A stretch of 64,000 nt of DNA from an uncultured delta proteobacterium (GCA_963761335.1 CAVXGR010000011.1:224001-288000), one strand, 5' to 3'; shown: positions 9,218 to 18,990, numbered from the stretch's first letter. The notes: a model not told the origin generated them from the sequence alone. A program made the numbers and translations.

Positions 9218-11887
9218 ATGGCCGCCCGCACTCTGTACCTCGTCGACGCCAGCTCCTACGTCTACCGCGCCTTCTTCGCCCTGCCGCCACTCACGGGCCC
9301 CTCGGGCATCCCGACCAACGCGGTGTACGGCTTCACCACCATGATGCTCAAGCTCCTGAAGGACGCGCACCCGGCGCTGCTGGCGCTGGTCTTCGACGCC
9401 CCGGGCGAGACCTTTCGCGACCGCATGTACGCGGACTACAAGGGCAACCGGCCGGAGATGCCGTCGGATCTGGCGGCTCAGTGGCCGCTGGTGCAGCAGG
9501 TCGCCACGGCCTTCCGGGCGCACCTTCTCGAGATTCCCGGCGTCGAGGCCGACGACGTCATCGGCAGCCTGGCGCGCGCCGCCGCCACGGCGCGCCTCGA
9601 CTGCGTCATCGTCACCAGCGACAAGGACCTGATGCAGCTCGTCGGGCCGCACGTGCGCCTGTGGGACACCATGCGCGACAGGTGGACCGACGAGGCCGTG
9701 GTGCGGCAGCGCTTCGGTGTGGCACCGCACCAGCTGGTGGAGATCGCCGGCCTGGTCGGTGACTCGATCGACAACGTACCGGGGGTCCGCGGCATCGGCG
9801 AGAAGACGGCGTGCGCCCTCATCCAGCACTTCGGCTCGATCGAGGCGACTCTGGAGCGCCTCGAGGAGATCCCCAGCCTGTCACTGCGCGGCGCCAAGAA
9901 GGTCGCGCAGCTGCTGCGCGACGGCGCCGCCGTGGCGCGGCTCAGCCGCGATCTCACCGCCATCCGCGACGACTTGGACTGCGGCGTCGATCCGACCGAG
10001 CTGCACTACCCCGGACCCGATGCGGCGGCCATGCGCGAGCTGGCGCAGCGCTTCGGCTTCCAGTCGCTGCTCAAGGATCTGCCGGCGCCGCCGCCGCCAC
10101 CGTCGCCCGAGGCGGAAAGGCTGGAGACGCCGGCGGAGGTCGAGGAGATGGCCCGGCGGCTGGCCGGCGGCCGCGACGGGGACGGCCGCGACATGGGCGA
10201 CCGCGACATGGGCGACCGCGATATGGGCGACCGATGGATCGCCCTGGCCTGCATCGGCGCCGGCACAGCGGAGGCGGCGTCTTGCCCGGGAGTCGTCTTC
10301 GCCGGGCCGGGAGTCGAGCCCACCGTGGTGCCTGCCCGCCCCGAGATGCTGGCTCCCTTGCGGGCGGTCACCGCCGACCCGAGCGTGCAGAAGCTCGGCC
10401 ACGATTTGAAGTCGGAGATCGCCACCCTGCGGCGGCTCGGCATCTCTCTGGTCGGGCCCTTCTTCGATCTGATGGTGGCCTCCTACGTGCTCAACGCCTC
10501 CCCCACCCACCGCCTCGAGGACGTGTGCCGGGAGGTTCTCGGCGAATCGATCGAGATCTTCCGCGGCGCCGAGGGCGGCGCCGCCCAGGTCGCTGCCGGT
10601 GTGCGCCGCATGCCGCAGGTGCGCGATGCCGTGCGGCAACGCATTCGCGAGGCCGGCATGGAGCGCCTCTTCTTCGAGGTCGAGATGCCGCTGGTCGAGG
10701 TGCTGGCGGCGATGGAGCGGCGCGGCGTCCGCCTCGACACCGGCGGCCTGCGCTCCATGGGGGATGAGTGGCGCCGCAAGCTGGAGTCGATCTGCGAGGA
10801 CATCTACGGCATGGCCGGCGGGGAGTTCAACATCAACTCGCCGCCGCAGCTGCGCGAGGTCCTCTTCGAGCGCCTGCGGCTCCCGAGCCGCGGCGTCCGC
10901 CGCGGCAAGACCGGCGGCCTGTCCACCGACGTCGACGTGCTCAATCGCCTCGCCGCGGAGCACCCGCTGCCGGCGAAGGTCCTCGAGTACCGCGGGCTGG
11001 CGAAGCTTCTGTCGACCTACGTCGACGCCCTGCTGGCGGCGGTCGATCCCGCCGACGGCCGCTTGCACACCGATTTCCGGCAGACGGTCGCCGCCACCGG
11101 CCGCCTCAGCTCCAGCAATCCCAACCTGCAGAACATCCCCATCCGCGGCGAAGAGGGGCGCCGCATCCGCTCCGCCTTCGTCCCCGAGCCGGGAGCCCTG
11201 TTCATCGCCGCCGATTACTCCCAGATCGAGCTGCGGGTGATGGCGCACCTCTCGGAGGACCCGGGGCTGCGCGCCTCCTTCCTCGCCGGCGAGGACATCC
11301 ACGCCCGCACCGCCGCGGAGATCTTCGGAGCGCTGCCGGGGACGGTCACCGCCGATATGCGGCGGGTGGCCAAGGTGATCAATTTCGGCATCATGTACGG
11401 CATGGGCCCCCAACGCCTGGCCGCCGAGCTCGGCATCGCCCTGAACGCGGCGCAGCGCTACATCGAGCAGTACTTCGAGCGCTACCAGGGGGTGCGCGCC
11501 TTCATCGAGCGCACTATTGCCGAAGGGCGGGAGACAGGCTACGTCAGCACGATGTTTGGCCGACGCCGGCCGGTTCCGGAGCTGCGCAGCCGCGACCGGG
11601 CGACGGCGCAAGCCGCCGAGCGGGCCGCCATAAACATGCCGATCCAGGGGACAGCTGCCGACCTGATCAAGATCGCCATGGTGCGCGTCGCCCAGCGCCT
11701 ACCCCGAGAAGGGCTTCGCGGCGAGATGATCCTTCAGGTGCACGACGAGCTGGTCCTCGAGACCCCCGAGGATGAGGCTGATAAAGCGACCCTGGTGGTG
11801 CGCGAGGAGATGGAGAACGCCGCCGCTCTCAGCGTTCCACTGGCGGTCGAGGTGGGCAGCGGAAAAAGCTGGGCGGAGGCCCATTGA
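9218..11887 (+). CDS. polA: DNA polymerase I (3'-5' exonuclease domain appears degenerate)
   Basis: 5' nuclease (LVDASSYVYRAFFA, EADDVIG, DKDL), TGRLSSSNPNLQNIP, DYSQIELR, AKVINFGIMYG and QVHDEL motifs. Confidence 0.97.
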   Translation: MAARTLYLVDASSYVYRAFFALPPLTGPSGIPTNAVYGFTTMMLKLLKDAHPALLALVFDAPGETFRDRMYADYKGNRPEMPSDLAAQWPLVQQVATAFRAHLLEIPGVEADDVIGSLARAAATARLDCVIVTSDKDLMQLVGPHVRLWDTMRDRWTDEAVVRQRFGVAPHQLVEIAGLVGDSIDNVPGVRGIGEKTACALIQHFGSIEATLERLEEIPSLSLRGAKKVAQLLRDGAAVARLSRDLTAIRDDLDCGVDPTELHYPGPDAAAMRELAQRFGFQSLLKDLPAPPPPPSPEAERLETPAEVEEMARRLAGGRDGDGRDMGDRDMGDRDMGDRWIALACIGAGTAEAASCPGVVFAGPGVEPTVVPARPEMLAPLRAVTADPSVQKLGHDLKSEIATLRRLGISLVGPFFDLMVASYVLNASPTHRLEDVCREVLGESIEIFRGAEGGAAQVAAGVRRMPQVRDAVRQRIREAGMERLFFEVEMPLVEVLAAMERRGVRLDTGGLRSMGDEWRRKLESICEDIYGMAGGEFNINSPPQLREVLFERLRLPSRGVRRGKTGGLSTDVDVLNRLAAEHPLPAKVLEYRGLAKLLSTYVDALLAAVDPADGRLHTDFRQTVAATGRLSSSNPNLQNIPIRGEEGRRIRSAFVPEPGALFIAADYSQIELRVMAHLSEDPGLRASFLAGEDIHARTAAEIFGALPGTVTADMRRVAKVINFGIMYGMGPQRLAAELGIALNAAQRYIEQYFERYQGVRAFIERTIAEGRETGYVSTMFGRRRPVPELRSRDRATAQAAERAAINMPIQGTAADLIKIAMVRVAQRLPREGLRGEMILQVHDELVLETPEDEADKATLVVREEMENAAALSVPLAVEVGSGKSWAEAH
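10186..10233 (+). repeat. In-frame 15-bp tandem repeat x3 inside polA (RDMGD)
   Basis: CCGCGACATGGGCGA at 10186, 10201 and 10216 (last copy has one mismatch). Confidence 0.9.
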
Positions 11888-11950
11888 AGACGGCTCGGAC
11901 GGTGAATAAGCCGCGCCGGGAGGCGTCTTACTGGGCGTGGGTAAGTCTTC

Positions 11951-12523
11951 GTGGAGCGCAGTGACCGCGAGCTCGCGAGAGCGAGCCGGCACGGAAATCG
12001 CCAGGCCTTCCAGGATCTGGTCGAGCGCTACCAGCGGAAGCTGGTCTCGGTCGCCCTCGGCATGGTCCACAACCGGGACGATGCCGTCGAGATCGTGCAA
12101 GAGACCTTCGTCAAGGCCTACGAGAACCTCGCCCAGTTCAAGGGAGAGTCGAGCTTCTACGCCTGGCTCTACCGCATCGTCGTCAACCTCGCCATCGACT
12201 ACCAGCGCCGCGAGCACCGGCGCCCGACAGTCGCCATCGAGGAGCGGCCCGGTGGCGGCGGCGAGGACATCGATGACCCGCTTGTCGATCGCAGCGCCGC
12301 CGACCCGTATCAGCGGACGCGCTCGAAACAGATCGGAGAACGCGTGATGCAAGCCATCAACGAGTTGACCCCTGACCACAAAGCCGTCATACTTTTGCGC
12401 GAAGTTGAAGGCCTGTCGTATGAGGAAATCAGCCGGGTGATGCAGTGCTCCAAGGGCACCGTCATGAGCCGTCTCCACTACGCCCGGAAGAAGCTGCAGA
12501 GCAAGCTTCGCGACTGTCTGTGA
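11951..12523 (+). CDS. ECF RNA polymerase sigma factor (RpoE-like)
   Basis: AFQDLVERYQ, QETFVKAY, FYAWLYRIVVN and LREVEGLSYEEI...GTVMSRLHYAR. Confidence 0.93.
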   Translation: MERSDRELARASRHGNRQAFQDLVERYQRKLVSVALGMVHNRDDAVEIVQETFVKAYENLAQFKGESSFYAWLYRIVVNLAIDYQRREHRRPTVAIEERPGGGGEDIDDPLVDRSAADPYQRTRSKQIGERVMQAINELTPDHKAVILLREVEGLSYEEISRVMQCSKGTVMSRLHYARKKLQSKLRDCL

Positions 12524-12536
12524 GATCCGGAGACGA

Positions 12537-13118
12537 GTGAAACACGAGTGGGCCATGATGATCACCTGCCGAGAAGTCCAGAGCCTGCTGCCTCTCTTCT
12601 TCGACAGTGAGCTCGACTCGCGCCAGATGCGGGTAGTGGCCCTGCACACGGCCAAGTGCCCGAGCTGCGAGCCGGAGCTGCGCCAGCTCGAGAATCTCCA
12701 GGAGGTCGTCTCGCGCACGCTCAGCGAACGCGTCGAGGAAATCGATCTCAGCAACATCTGGACCAACGTCGAGCAGCGCCTGGGCCGCACCCACCTGACC
12801 TGGACGGAGCGGGCCCGGCTGTGGTGGAGCGAAGAGCAGCCGCTGCACTGGTTGATGAGCGGCCCCGCCATCGGCGCCGCGATCGCCGGCTTCGCCTTGG
12901 CGCTGCTGCTCCTCGCCAACTGGCAACCGCACACGGTGGCGAAGAGTACCCTGGCGCAGAACAACGGCGACAGCGCCGTCAGCATCGAGACTATCGACGC
13001 GCCCAGCAACGTGGCGCTGCTCAGCGAGAACGACACCCTGGTCCTGTGGGTCGACGACGCAATCACCGATCAGCAGATGAGTCCGGATCAGCAGTTGAGT
13101 CCGGAGGATCTCCAGTGA
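12537..13118 (+). CDS. Zinc-binding (zf-HC2) membrane anti-sigma factor
   Basis: CREVQSLL...HTAKCPSC motif, one TM helix, directly after the ECF sigma; start may be 12555. Confidence 0.85.
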   Translation: MKHEWAMMITCREVQSLLPLFFDSELDSRQMRVVALHTAKCPSCEPELRQLENLQEVVSRTLSERVEEIDLSNIWTNVEQRLGRTHLTWTERARLWWSEEQPLHWLMSGPAIGAAIAGFALALLLLANWQPHTVAKSTLAQNNGDSAVSIETIDAPSNVALLSENDTLVLWVDDAITDQQMSPDQQLSPEDLQ

Positions 13119-13594
13119 CGGCACGCCTCCTCGCCGGCTGTGCCGCACTGGTGGCCGCCGCCGCCGTCTCGGCGCCGCCGGCGGCCCCTGCCGCGGAAAG
13201 TGTCGGCCTGAGCGTCCGCTGCGTGCTGGCGAGCAATACCGGACAGGATTTCGACCCGCGCCTGGGCACCACCATGCACGCCCGTTTCAATCGCATGTTC
13301 CGCTACACCTCCTACAGCCTGCTGAAGGAGAAGCAGGAGCAGGTCAGCCTCGGCTCGAAGCTGGGCTTCGATGTCCCCGGCGGCCGCTATCTGATGGTCA
13401 TCCCCAAGGAGTTCAAGAAGGACGGCAGCATCATCGTGCGCGTCGTGCTTCTCGACGGCGCCCGCCCCATCGTCAATACAGCGATCTCGCTGCACAACCA
13501 CGGCATCTTCCTGGTCGCCGGGCCACAGCACAGCGAGGGCACCCTGATTCTCTCCATCGGCGCCAATCTGCCCGATCCGCCGGCCACGGAGTGA
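13115..13594 (+). CDS. Hypothetical exported protein of the sigma/anti-sigma operon
   Basis: GTG start overlaps the upstream TGA; Ala-rich signal peptide; coding-like sequence. Confidence 0.7.
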   Translation: MTARLLAGCAALVAAAAVSAPPAAPAAESVGLSVRCVLASNTGQDFDPRLGTTMHARFNRMFRYTSYSLLKEKQEQVSLGSKLGFDVPGGRYLMVIPKEFKKDGSIIVRVVLLDGARPIVNTAISLHNHGIFLVAGPQHSEGTLILSIGANLPDPPATE

Positions 13595-13596
13595 AC

Positions 13597-13857
13597 ATGG
13601 GCACCGCTCTCGGATACCTGAACAGCTTGCTGCAGACCTGGAGCCAGGTGCAGCGCCTCGTCGGCTTCTGGGGCCCCGTGGTCCGCGTTCCGTCGTTTCT
13701 CGAGCCGCTCGCCACCGTCGCCGCCCTCCTCAGCCTGCTGGCCACCACCGGCCTGGCGGTGAGCTCAATGGCAATGTTGCTCACCAGCCTCCTGCTCCTC
13801 TACTTCCTGCTCACCGAGGTCTTCGGGCTGCAGCTGGAAGTCGCCCTGCCCCGGTAG
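13597..13857 (+). CDS. Small hypothetical membrane protein
   Basis: Hydrophobic ORF abutting the previous gene. Confidence 0.6.
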   Translation: MGTALGYLNSLLQTWSQVQRLVGFWGPVVRVPSFLEPLATVAALLSLLATTGLAVSSMAMLLTSLLLLYFLLTEVFGLQLEVALPR

Positions 13858-13859
13858 AG

Positions 13860-13947
13860 TCAGTTTCTCAGTTTCTCGGTTCCTCGGTGTCGCCGTCGCT
13901 CCCACTGAGCCACTGAAATACTGAGATACTGAGATACGAGTACCGAG
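13860..13947. repeat. Degenerate 8-bp tandem repeats arranged as an inverted pair (family F)
   Basis: (CTCAGTTT/CTCGGTTC)n followed by (ACTGAGAT/ACTGAGCC)n. Confidence 0.7.
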
Positions 13948-13969
13948 TCACTTCGCCGCACGGGCGACA

Positions 13970-14013
13970 TTGACTCGGCGCGCGCCGGGACTATAATCGC
14001 TCAAGCGAATATA
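13970..14013 (+). promoter_or_regulatory. Sigma70 promoter with overlapping ArsR-type operator
   Basis: TTGACT (13970)-16 nt-TATAAT (13992); 10-2-10 inverted repeat TATAATCGCT-CA-AGCGAATATA at 13992-14013. Confidence 0.8.
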
Positions 14014-14015
14014 GC

Positions 14016-14468
14016 ATGCGGGCAGACAAGAATGGGAAGGGTGCTGGGCCGAGCGGCCCGCGAAGGCGCCGCTCGAAGGTCGGCGCGGGTGTCGACTCGA
14101 TGTTCCGGGCGTTTGCCGACCACACGCGCCTGCGCATCCTGCGGCTCTTGCAGGATGGGCCACTGTGCGTCGGCGATCTGGTCGACATCCTGGGCGCGCC
14201 GCAGCCGACCGTGTCGCGCCACCTCGCGTATTTGCGACGCGAGGGGCTCGTCGGCACGCGACAGCACGGCCTGTGGATGTTCTACGAGCTGGCGCGCACA
14301 CGAAGTGCGTTGCACGGCAAGCTACTGGAGTGCCTCGCCGTATGCGACGGCTCGTTGCCGGCACTCAAGGCCGACGTCGTGCGGGCGCGGAGTCTTCGCC
14401 GCTCCGGCGGCTGCTGCCCGGAAGGTCGTCGCCTGATGGAGCAGTTTCACGGCAGGAGGGATCGATGA
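14016..14468 (+). CDS. arsR: ArsR/SmtB transcriptional repressor
   Basis: [31 protein letters not shown] and C-terminal ECLAVC...GGCC; upstream of acr3. Start uncertain. Confidence 0.88.
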   Translation: MRADKNGKGAGPSGPRRRRSKVGAGVDSMFRAFADHTRLRILRLLQDGPLCVGDLVDILGAPQPTVSRHLAYLRREGLVGTRQHGLWMFYELARTRSALHGKLLECLAVCDGSLPALKADVVRARSLRRSGGCCPEGRRLMEQFHGRRDR

Positions 14469-15595
14469 GCAGGCACATTGTCGCGGCGGCCGGCGTGCTG
14501 CCGGCAGCGGAAGCTCACCCAAAGAAGCTGGGCTTTCTCGACCGCTTCCTGACGCTGTGGATCTTCCTCGCCATGGCGGTAGGCGTCGGCAGTGGATACC
14601 TGCTCCCCGGCATGGAGCCCTTCCTCAACCATTTCAGCGTCGGCACCACGTCGATCCCGATCGCCATCGGCCTGATCCTCATGATGTACCCGCCGCTGGC
14701 CAAGGTCCGCTACGAAGAGCTGGGCAGCGTCTTCCGCAACTGGCGGATCCTGGGTCTGTCACTGGTGCAGAACTGGATCGTGGGTCCAATACTCATGTTC
14801 GCCCTGGCGCTGATCTTTCTTCCGGACAAGCCGGAGTACATGGTCGGGCTCATCATGATCGGCCTGGCGCGCTGCATCGCCATGGTCCTGGTCTGGAACG
14901 ACCTGGCGAGCGGCGACCCCGAGTACTGCGCCGGCCTGGTCGCCTTCAACTCGGTGTTCCAGATCCTCTTCTACTCCGTCTACGCCTACGTCTTCATCAC
15001 CATCCTGCCGGCCTGGTTCGGCCTCCACGGCGTCGCGGTCAGCGTCACCATCGGCGAGATCGCCAAGAGCGTCTTCATCTATCTCGGCGTCCCGTTCATC
15101 GCCGGTCTCCTCACCCGCTTCTCTCTCATCCGGCTGAAGAGCAAGGAGTGGTATCACACGGAGTTCATTCCGAAGATCAGCCCGATAACGCTCATCGCGC
15201 TGCTCTTCACCATCGTGGTGATGTTCTCGCTCAAGGGCGAAGCGATCGTGCAGCTCCCCATGGACGTGGTGCGCATCGCCGTGCCGCTGCTCGTCTACTT
15301 CGTGGTGATGTTTCTGCTCGCCTTCTTCATGAGCAAGGCGGTGGGCGCCACCTACCCGCAATCGGCGACGCTATCGTTCACCGCCGCCTCCAACAACTTC
15401 GAATTGGCGATCGCCGTCGCCGTGGCGACCTTTGGCATCCAGTCCGGCGCGGCGTTCGCCGCGGTGATCGGGCCGCTCGTCGAGGTGCCGGTGATGATCG
15501 GCCTGGTCAGCGTGGCGCTGTGGTTCCGGCGACACTACTTCCGCGACCAGCCGCCTGGGGCGGTCGTGCCCATGACAGCAGCCGGCAACGGCTGA
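14465..15595 (+). CDS. acr3: Acr3 family arsenite efflux transporter
   Basis: [46 protein letters not shown] and GPLVEVPV motifs. Confidence 0.95.
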   Translation: MSRHIVAAAGVLPAAEAHPKKLGFLDRFLTLWIFLAMAVGVGSGYLLPGMEPFLNHFSVGTTSIPIAIGLILMMYPPLAKVRYEELGSVFRNWRILGLSLVQNWIVGPILMFALALIFLPDKPEYMVGLIMIGLARCIAMVLVWNDLASGDPEYCAGLVAFNSVFQILFYSVYAYVFITILPAWFGLHGVAVSVTIGEIAKSVFIYLGVPFIAGLLTRFSLIRLKSKEWYHTEFIPKISPITLIALLFTIVVMFSLKGEAIVQLPMDVVRIAVPLLVYFVVMFLLAFFMSKAVGATYPQSATLSFTAASNNFELAIAVAVATFGIQSGAAFAAVIGPLVEVPVMIGLVSVALWFRRHYFRDQPPGAVVPMTAAGNG

Positions 15596-15616
15596 GGAAG
15601 GCTACGAGGTCCCCCG

Positions 15617-16168
15617 ATGAGCTTCACTCGAATGGCAGCCATCCTCGTTTGCGGGCTGGGTCTCGCGGCGGCGGTCTGGGATCTGTACCCGCCGCCCGCC
15701 ACAGCCGCGGACGGAACTTCCGCGGCGCTCCCCTCGGAAGCGCACAGCAGCATGAGCTCCGGAGCGGACGCGCGCACACCACTGCCTCTGATGGCCATGA
15801 TGGCCGAGCATCAGAAGCGCAACATGCGCGATCATCTCGCCGCGGTTCAGCAGATCGTCGCCGGCCTCGCCGCGGACGACATGACCGAGGTGGCGACAGC
15901 CGCCCGCCGTATCGGCTACTCGGACGCCATGGCGCAAATGTGCCAGCACATGGGTGCCGGCGCCGCGGGCTTCACCGAGATGGCGCTGGCGTTCCATCGG
16001 ACGGCGGACACGATCGCCGAGGCGGCGCAACGCGGCGACCGCGAGGCCGCCACCACCGCGCTCGCCGCGACGCTGCGCACCTGCGTCGGCTGCCATGCGA
16101 CCTACCGGCAGCAGGTCGTCGACGAGGCCACCTGGCAGCAGCTCACCACCCCGCCGGCACCGCACTGA
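15617..16168 (+). CDS. Exported class II (c'-type) monoheme cytochrome c
   Basis: Signal peptide, helical body, single C-terminal CVGCH heme motif. Confidence 0.8.
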   Translation: MSFTRMAAILVCGLGLAAAVWDLYPPPATAADGTSAALPSEAHSSMSSGADARTPLPLMAMMAEHQKRNMRDHLAAVQQIVAGLAADDMTEVATAARRIGYSDAMAQMCQHMGAGAAGFTEMALAFHRTADTIAEAAQRGDREAATTALAATLRTCVGCHATYRQQVVDEATWQQLTTPPAPH

Positions 16169-16210
16169 GGCGAGGTGCCCTGGGCGGGGTGGTCAGCCCA
16201 GCATCGCCGA

Positions 16211-17041
16211 TTACGGACCGGTCCTGACGGCGCGCACCGGGAGGTCGTTGGCCTTGTTGCCGCTGACCGAGGTGCCGTCGAAGAAGTACACTCCCCAGGC
16301 ACTCGCCGGGAAGCTTGCGGACGTCGCCGACGACCAATACAGGCTTGGCCGCGTTGGACCAAAGATCGCCGGGATGCAGGGGCTGTCGTTGCCACAGCCA
16401 GCCGCCGTCAGATCGACGATCGCCAGCAGCTCCTGCTGCGTCGGCAGACGCCAATCGCAGTGCCCCGCAAACCCGCCCGCAAACGTGCTGCCGTTGTACG
16501 TGCAGTCGTTGAGCGCGCCGAGGAAGTCGGTGAACACCGTGCCGTTCGGCGTGGAGCCGGGGTACGCGGTGTTCCAGGTATACGTATTGTCGGCATCGTT
16601 CGCATCGCCGGCGTTCGGAACGTTGTCGAGATTGTCCTTCATCTCCCACATGAGGCCCGTCTGGGTGTCGGTCACGGTGCCGTCGCCGTTGTCGATGAAG
16701 CGCACACCGGACAACGCCTTCGGGATACCGCTGCTCGGGTTGAAGATGCCGTCGATGCGCGCCCCGACGTCCGCCGCGTCACCCGATGTCGGACACGCCC
16801 CCTTGGCCTCGCGCTTCGAGAACACATCCGCCATTTTCGTCGCGCACTTGGCGTAGTCGAACGGTTTGCCCGCTATCTCTTTGCCGCGCTGGACGGCCGT
16901 GCACAGGGCTCGCTTCGCCGCCGCCTGGTCCTTCAGCTTCTCGCACTTCTGCGCCGCCGTCAGCCCGGCCCCGGCCGGCACCGCCAGCCCCAGCACGAAA
17001 GCCCCGATCGACGCACAGGCCCAAATATCACTCCTCGTCAT
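16211..17041 (-). CDS. Secreted DUF1566 (Lcl C-terminal) domain protein
   Basis: Signal peptide; RFIDNGDGTVTDTQTGLMWE, GFAGHCDWRLPT..EL, YWSS and VRAVR motifs; GGAGG RBS. Confidence 0.88.
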   Translation of the reverse strand: MTRSDIWACASIGAFVLGLAVPAGAGLTAAQKCEKLKDQAAAKRALCTAVQRGKEIAGKPFDYAKCATKMADVFSKREAKGACPTSGDAADVGARIDGIFNPSSGIPKALSGVRFIDNGDGTVTDTQTGLMWEMKDNLDNVPNAGDANDADNTYTWNTAYPGSTPNGTVFTDFLGALNDCTYNGSTFAGGFAGHCDWRLPTQQELLAIVDLTAAGCGNDSPCIPAIFGPTRPSLYWSSATSASFPASAWGVYFFDGTSVSGNKANDLPVRAVRTGP

Positions 17042-17130
17042 CTCGATACCTCCTTCTGCGTAGACTCCCTTGGTCTCGTGGTTCTGGGATTGACCCAAAC
17101 CGCGAAGAGCCTCGCGAATCCGGAGCACCG

Positions 17131-17146
17131 AGCAACTTGGATGCCA
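17131..17146 (-). promoter_or_regulatory. Putative sigma54 -24/-12 promoter for the DUF1566 gene
   Basis: Minus strand reads TGGCAT-CCAAG-TTGCT, matching TGGCAC-N5-TTGC spacing, about 90 bp upstream of the ATG. Confidence 0.6.
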
Positions 17147-17310
17147 GCTCGCCTTCACGGGCGAACAGGGATGAACCTACGTGAGTGGGATGGGCAGCCG
17201 GCGCATCCCGTGCCGGAGTGCCAAAACGCGCCCGCTGTCGGCAAATTCTCTCAAGCGGCATGCCGCGGGCCTTCACGATCCGGACCCACCGGGGGATGAC
17301 GAGGTTGTCC

Positions 17311-17489
17311 CGCCCCGAAGGGGCGGTGGCGTGTAGCCCCGGGTGAAACCCGGGGAAAAGTGCACGGTCCGTCATAGGCGCCCCACCAGGGGCGCGGGCA
17401 GAATTTCGTCGATGTCGCGCCTGGGCGATATGCCGCCCGCCCAGCGCCGGGGCTCCGTCAGACCTTCACCCAACAGATTTTCGAAGCAG
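17311..17489. repeat. REPIN-like composite repeat (family B half copy plus adjacent unit), inverted relative to 19238-19616
   Basis: CGCCCCGAAGGGGCG...GTAGCCCCGGGTGAAACCCGGGG; 17311-17423 matches the reverse complement of 19504-19616, and 17438-17489 matches that of 19238-19291. Confidence 0.85.
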
Positions 17490-17490
17490 A

Positions 17491-17541
17491 GTAGAAGCGC
17501 CGTCTCGGCGCTTCCCCAAAGCGGCGAGACGCCGCTTCTAC
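17491..17541. repeat. GTAG-type REP doublet (family A, copy 2); overlaps the sat stop codon
   Basis: GTAGAAGCGCCGTCTCGGCGCTT...AAGCGGCGAGACGCCGCTTCTAC. Confidence 0.85.
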
Positions 17542-18788
17542 TTCTGCCGATAGTACTCGATCAGGATGTCGGCGATCTCCGGGCGGAGGATGCGCTGGTC
17601 GGGTCGGGCGCCGGTGGTCAGCGCCTCGCGCACCTTGGAGCCGGAGATCGACACCGGCTTCTCGCCCTTGTGGTCGTCCATCAGGCCGACGCGGCCGATG
17701 CTCTCGAAGAAGGCGGCGAAGCCGATGTTGCACGGGCGGATGCGCAGGTCGCCGCGCAAGTTCTCGAAGATCTCCTGGGCGTCGAAGTCGCCCCAGATCG
17801 GCGTGCCGTCGTCGTGGGGCGCGTCGGCGTGCTTGCGGCCGATGACGATGTCGGTGAAGCCGAGGTTCTGCCGGTAGATGGCGTGCATCACCGCTTCCTT
17901 CGGACCGCCGTAGAGCATCTTGATGTCGAGGCCGACGAGCTCGAAGACCTCGGTGAGGTCGTAGCCGCGCTGCTTCCACAGCGCTTCGTCCTTGTCGCCG
18001 CGGCCGAGCAGCTCCTGGTCGTGCAGGGTGCGGTAGCAGCGCATGCGCACCCGTGCCGGCACGTCGTCGCCCTTGAGCTCGCCGATCAGCGGGTTGAGGA
18101 CGACGCCGGCGAAGTAGCCCTCGCCCGTGAGCCGCTCGACGCCGGCGACCAGGGCATACTCATGGGCGCGGTGCAGGGGGTTGCGCGTCTGGAAGGCCAG
18201 GGCTCGCTCCCACTGCCGCTCGGCGATCAGGGTGCGTACCTGCCGCGGGGTCAGGACGAACTCGCCGTACTCCGGATCGACGTGCTGCGGCAGCGCCCAC
18301 AGCTCACCGCCCACCAGCTTGGTGCGCGGGTCGTCGTTGATCATGTGACCGCCGGGATGATCGGTGCGCTTGGTGCCGTAGAACTTCTCGATGTGCTTGG
18401 GCTTGTCCCAGTCGAAGATGCTGGAGACGCGCAGCGTGGCGACGATCTCGCCGCCGTGCACCAGCGCCGCCGAGTGGCCGACGCGCAGCGCCTTGGCCTC
18501 GGCGTCGGCGACCGGGAAGGAGATCGGCGCCGTCCAGGCATAGCGGCGAAAGCCGAACTCGAGGGCGCTATGGTCGAGGACGTAATGCCAGGTCTCCTCG
18601 TCCATCGGTCCGCTCAGCGGCGACAGCGTCCCGTCGGCGATGCGATAGACGGTCGACAGATCGGCGCGGCTCATCTCGATGCGCGGCAGCGGCCCGGCCT
18701 CGGCGAGAAACGGCTTGCGCCGCGACAGCGGTACGGTGCGCGAGACCGGGGCCTCGAGACCTCCGTGGACGGGTACCAGATCGGGCAT
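17538..18788 (-). CDS. sat: Sulfate adenylyltransferase (ATP sulfurylase)
   Basis: LVPVHGG, DHPG, AFQTRNPLHRAHEY, YGGPKEAVMHAIYRQNLG, IGRKHA and ISGSKVR motifs. Confidence 0.95.
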   Translation of the reverse strand: MPDLVPVHGGLEAPVSRTVPLSRRKPFLAEAGPLPRIEMSRADLSTVYRIADGTLSPLSGPMDEETWHYVLDHSALEFGFRRYAWTAPISFPVADAEAKALRVGHSAALVHGGEIVATLRVSSIFDWDKPKHIEKFYGTKRTDHPGGHMINDDPRTKLVGGELWALPQHVDPEYGEFVLTPRQVRTLIAERQWERALAFQTRNPLHRAHEYALVAGVERLTGEGYFAGVVLNPLIGELKGDDVPARVRMRCYRTLHDQELLGRGDKDEALWKQRGYDLTEVFELVGLDIKMLYGGPKEAVMHAIYRQNLGFTDIVIGRKHADAPHDDGTPIWGDFDAQEIFENLRGDLRIRPCNIGFAAFFESIGRVGLMDDHKGEKPVSISGSKVREALTTGARPDQRILRPEIADILIEYYRQK

Positions 18789-18889
18789 GGAATCGGCTCC
18801 TTCGTGTGCTTGGATTGGCGGTGCGAGTGCGGAAAAGAGCAGCATTCCCGACGCCCGGCGTCGAGTCAAGGAAGTGCGCGACTACGGCT

Positions 18890-18960
18890 GGGGACTGGCT
18901 CCTTTTCGGCGCAAGGATGTTGTTTTCGAAACGCGGTACCCGTCGCCGAAAAGGTGCCTG
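18890..18960. repeat. Palindromic repeat (family H)
   Basis: GGGGACTGGCTCCTTTTCGGCGCAA...CGCCGAAAAGGTGCCTG; inverted match at 51752-51828. Confidence 0.7.
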
Positions 18961-18990
18961 GTTCGAAAATCTGTTGGGTACGCTTCGGGT

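Noticed and set aside
17538..18788. Dissimilatory sulfate reduction marker
   Set aside because: No aprAB, qmo or dsr genes in the window; sat alone does not show the direction of sulfur metabolism.
18955..18985. GGTTCGAAA as a tRNA T-loop
   Set aside because: No cloverleaf; the sequence belongs to a repeat also found at 17468-17485 and 19242-19259.
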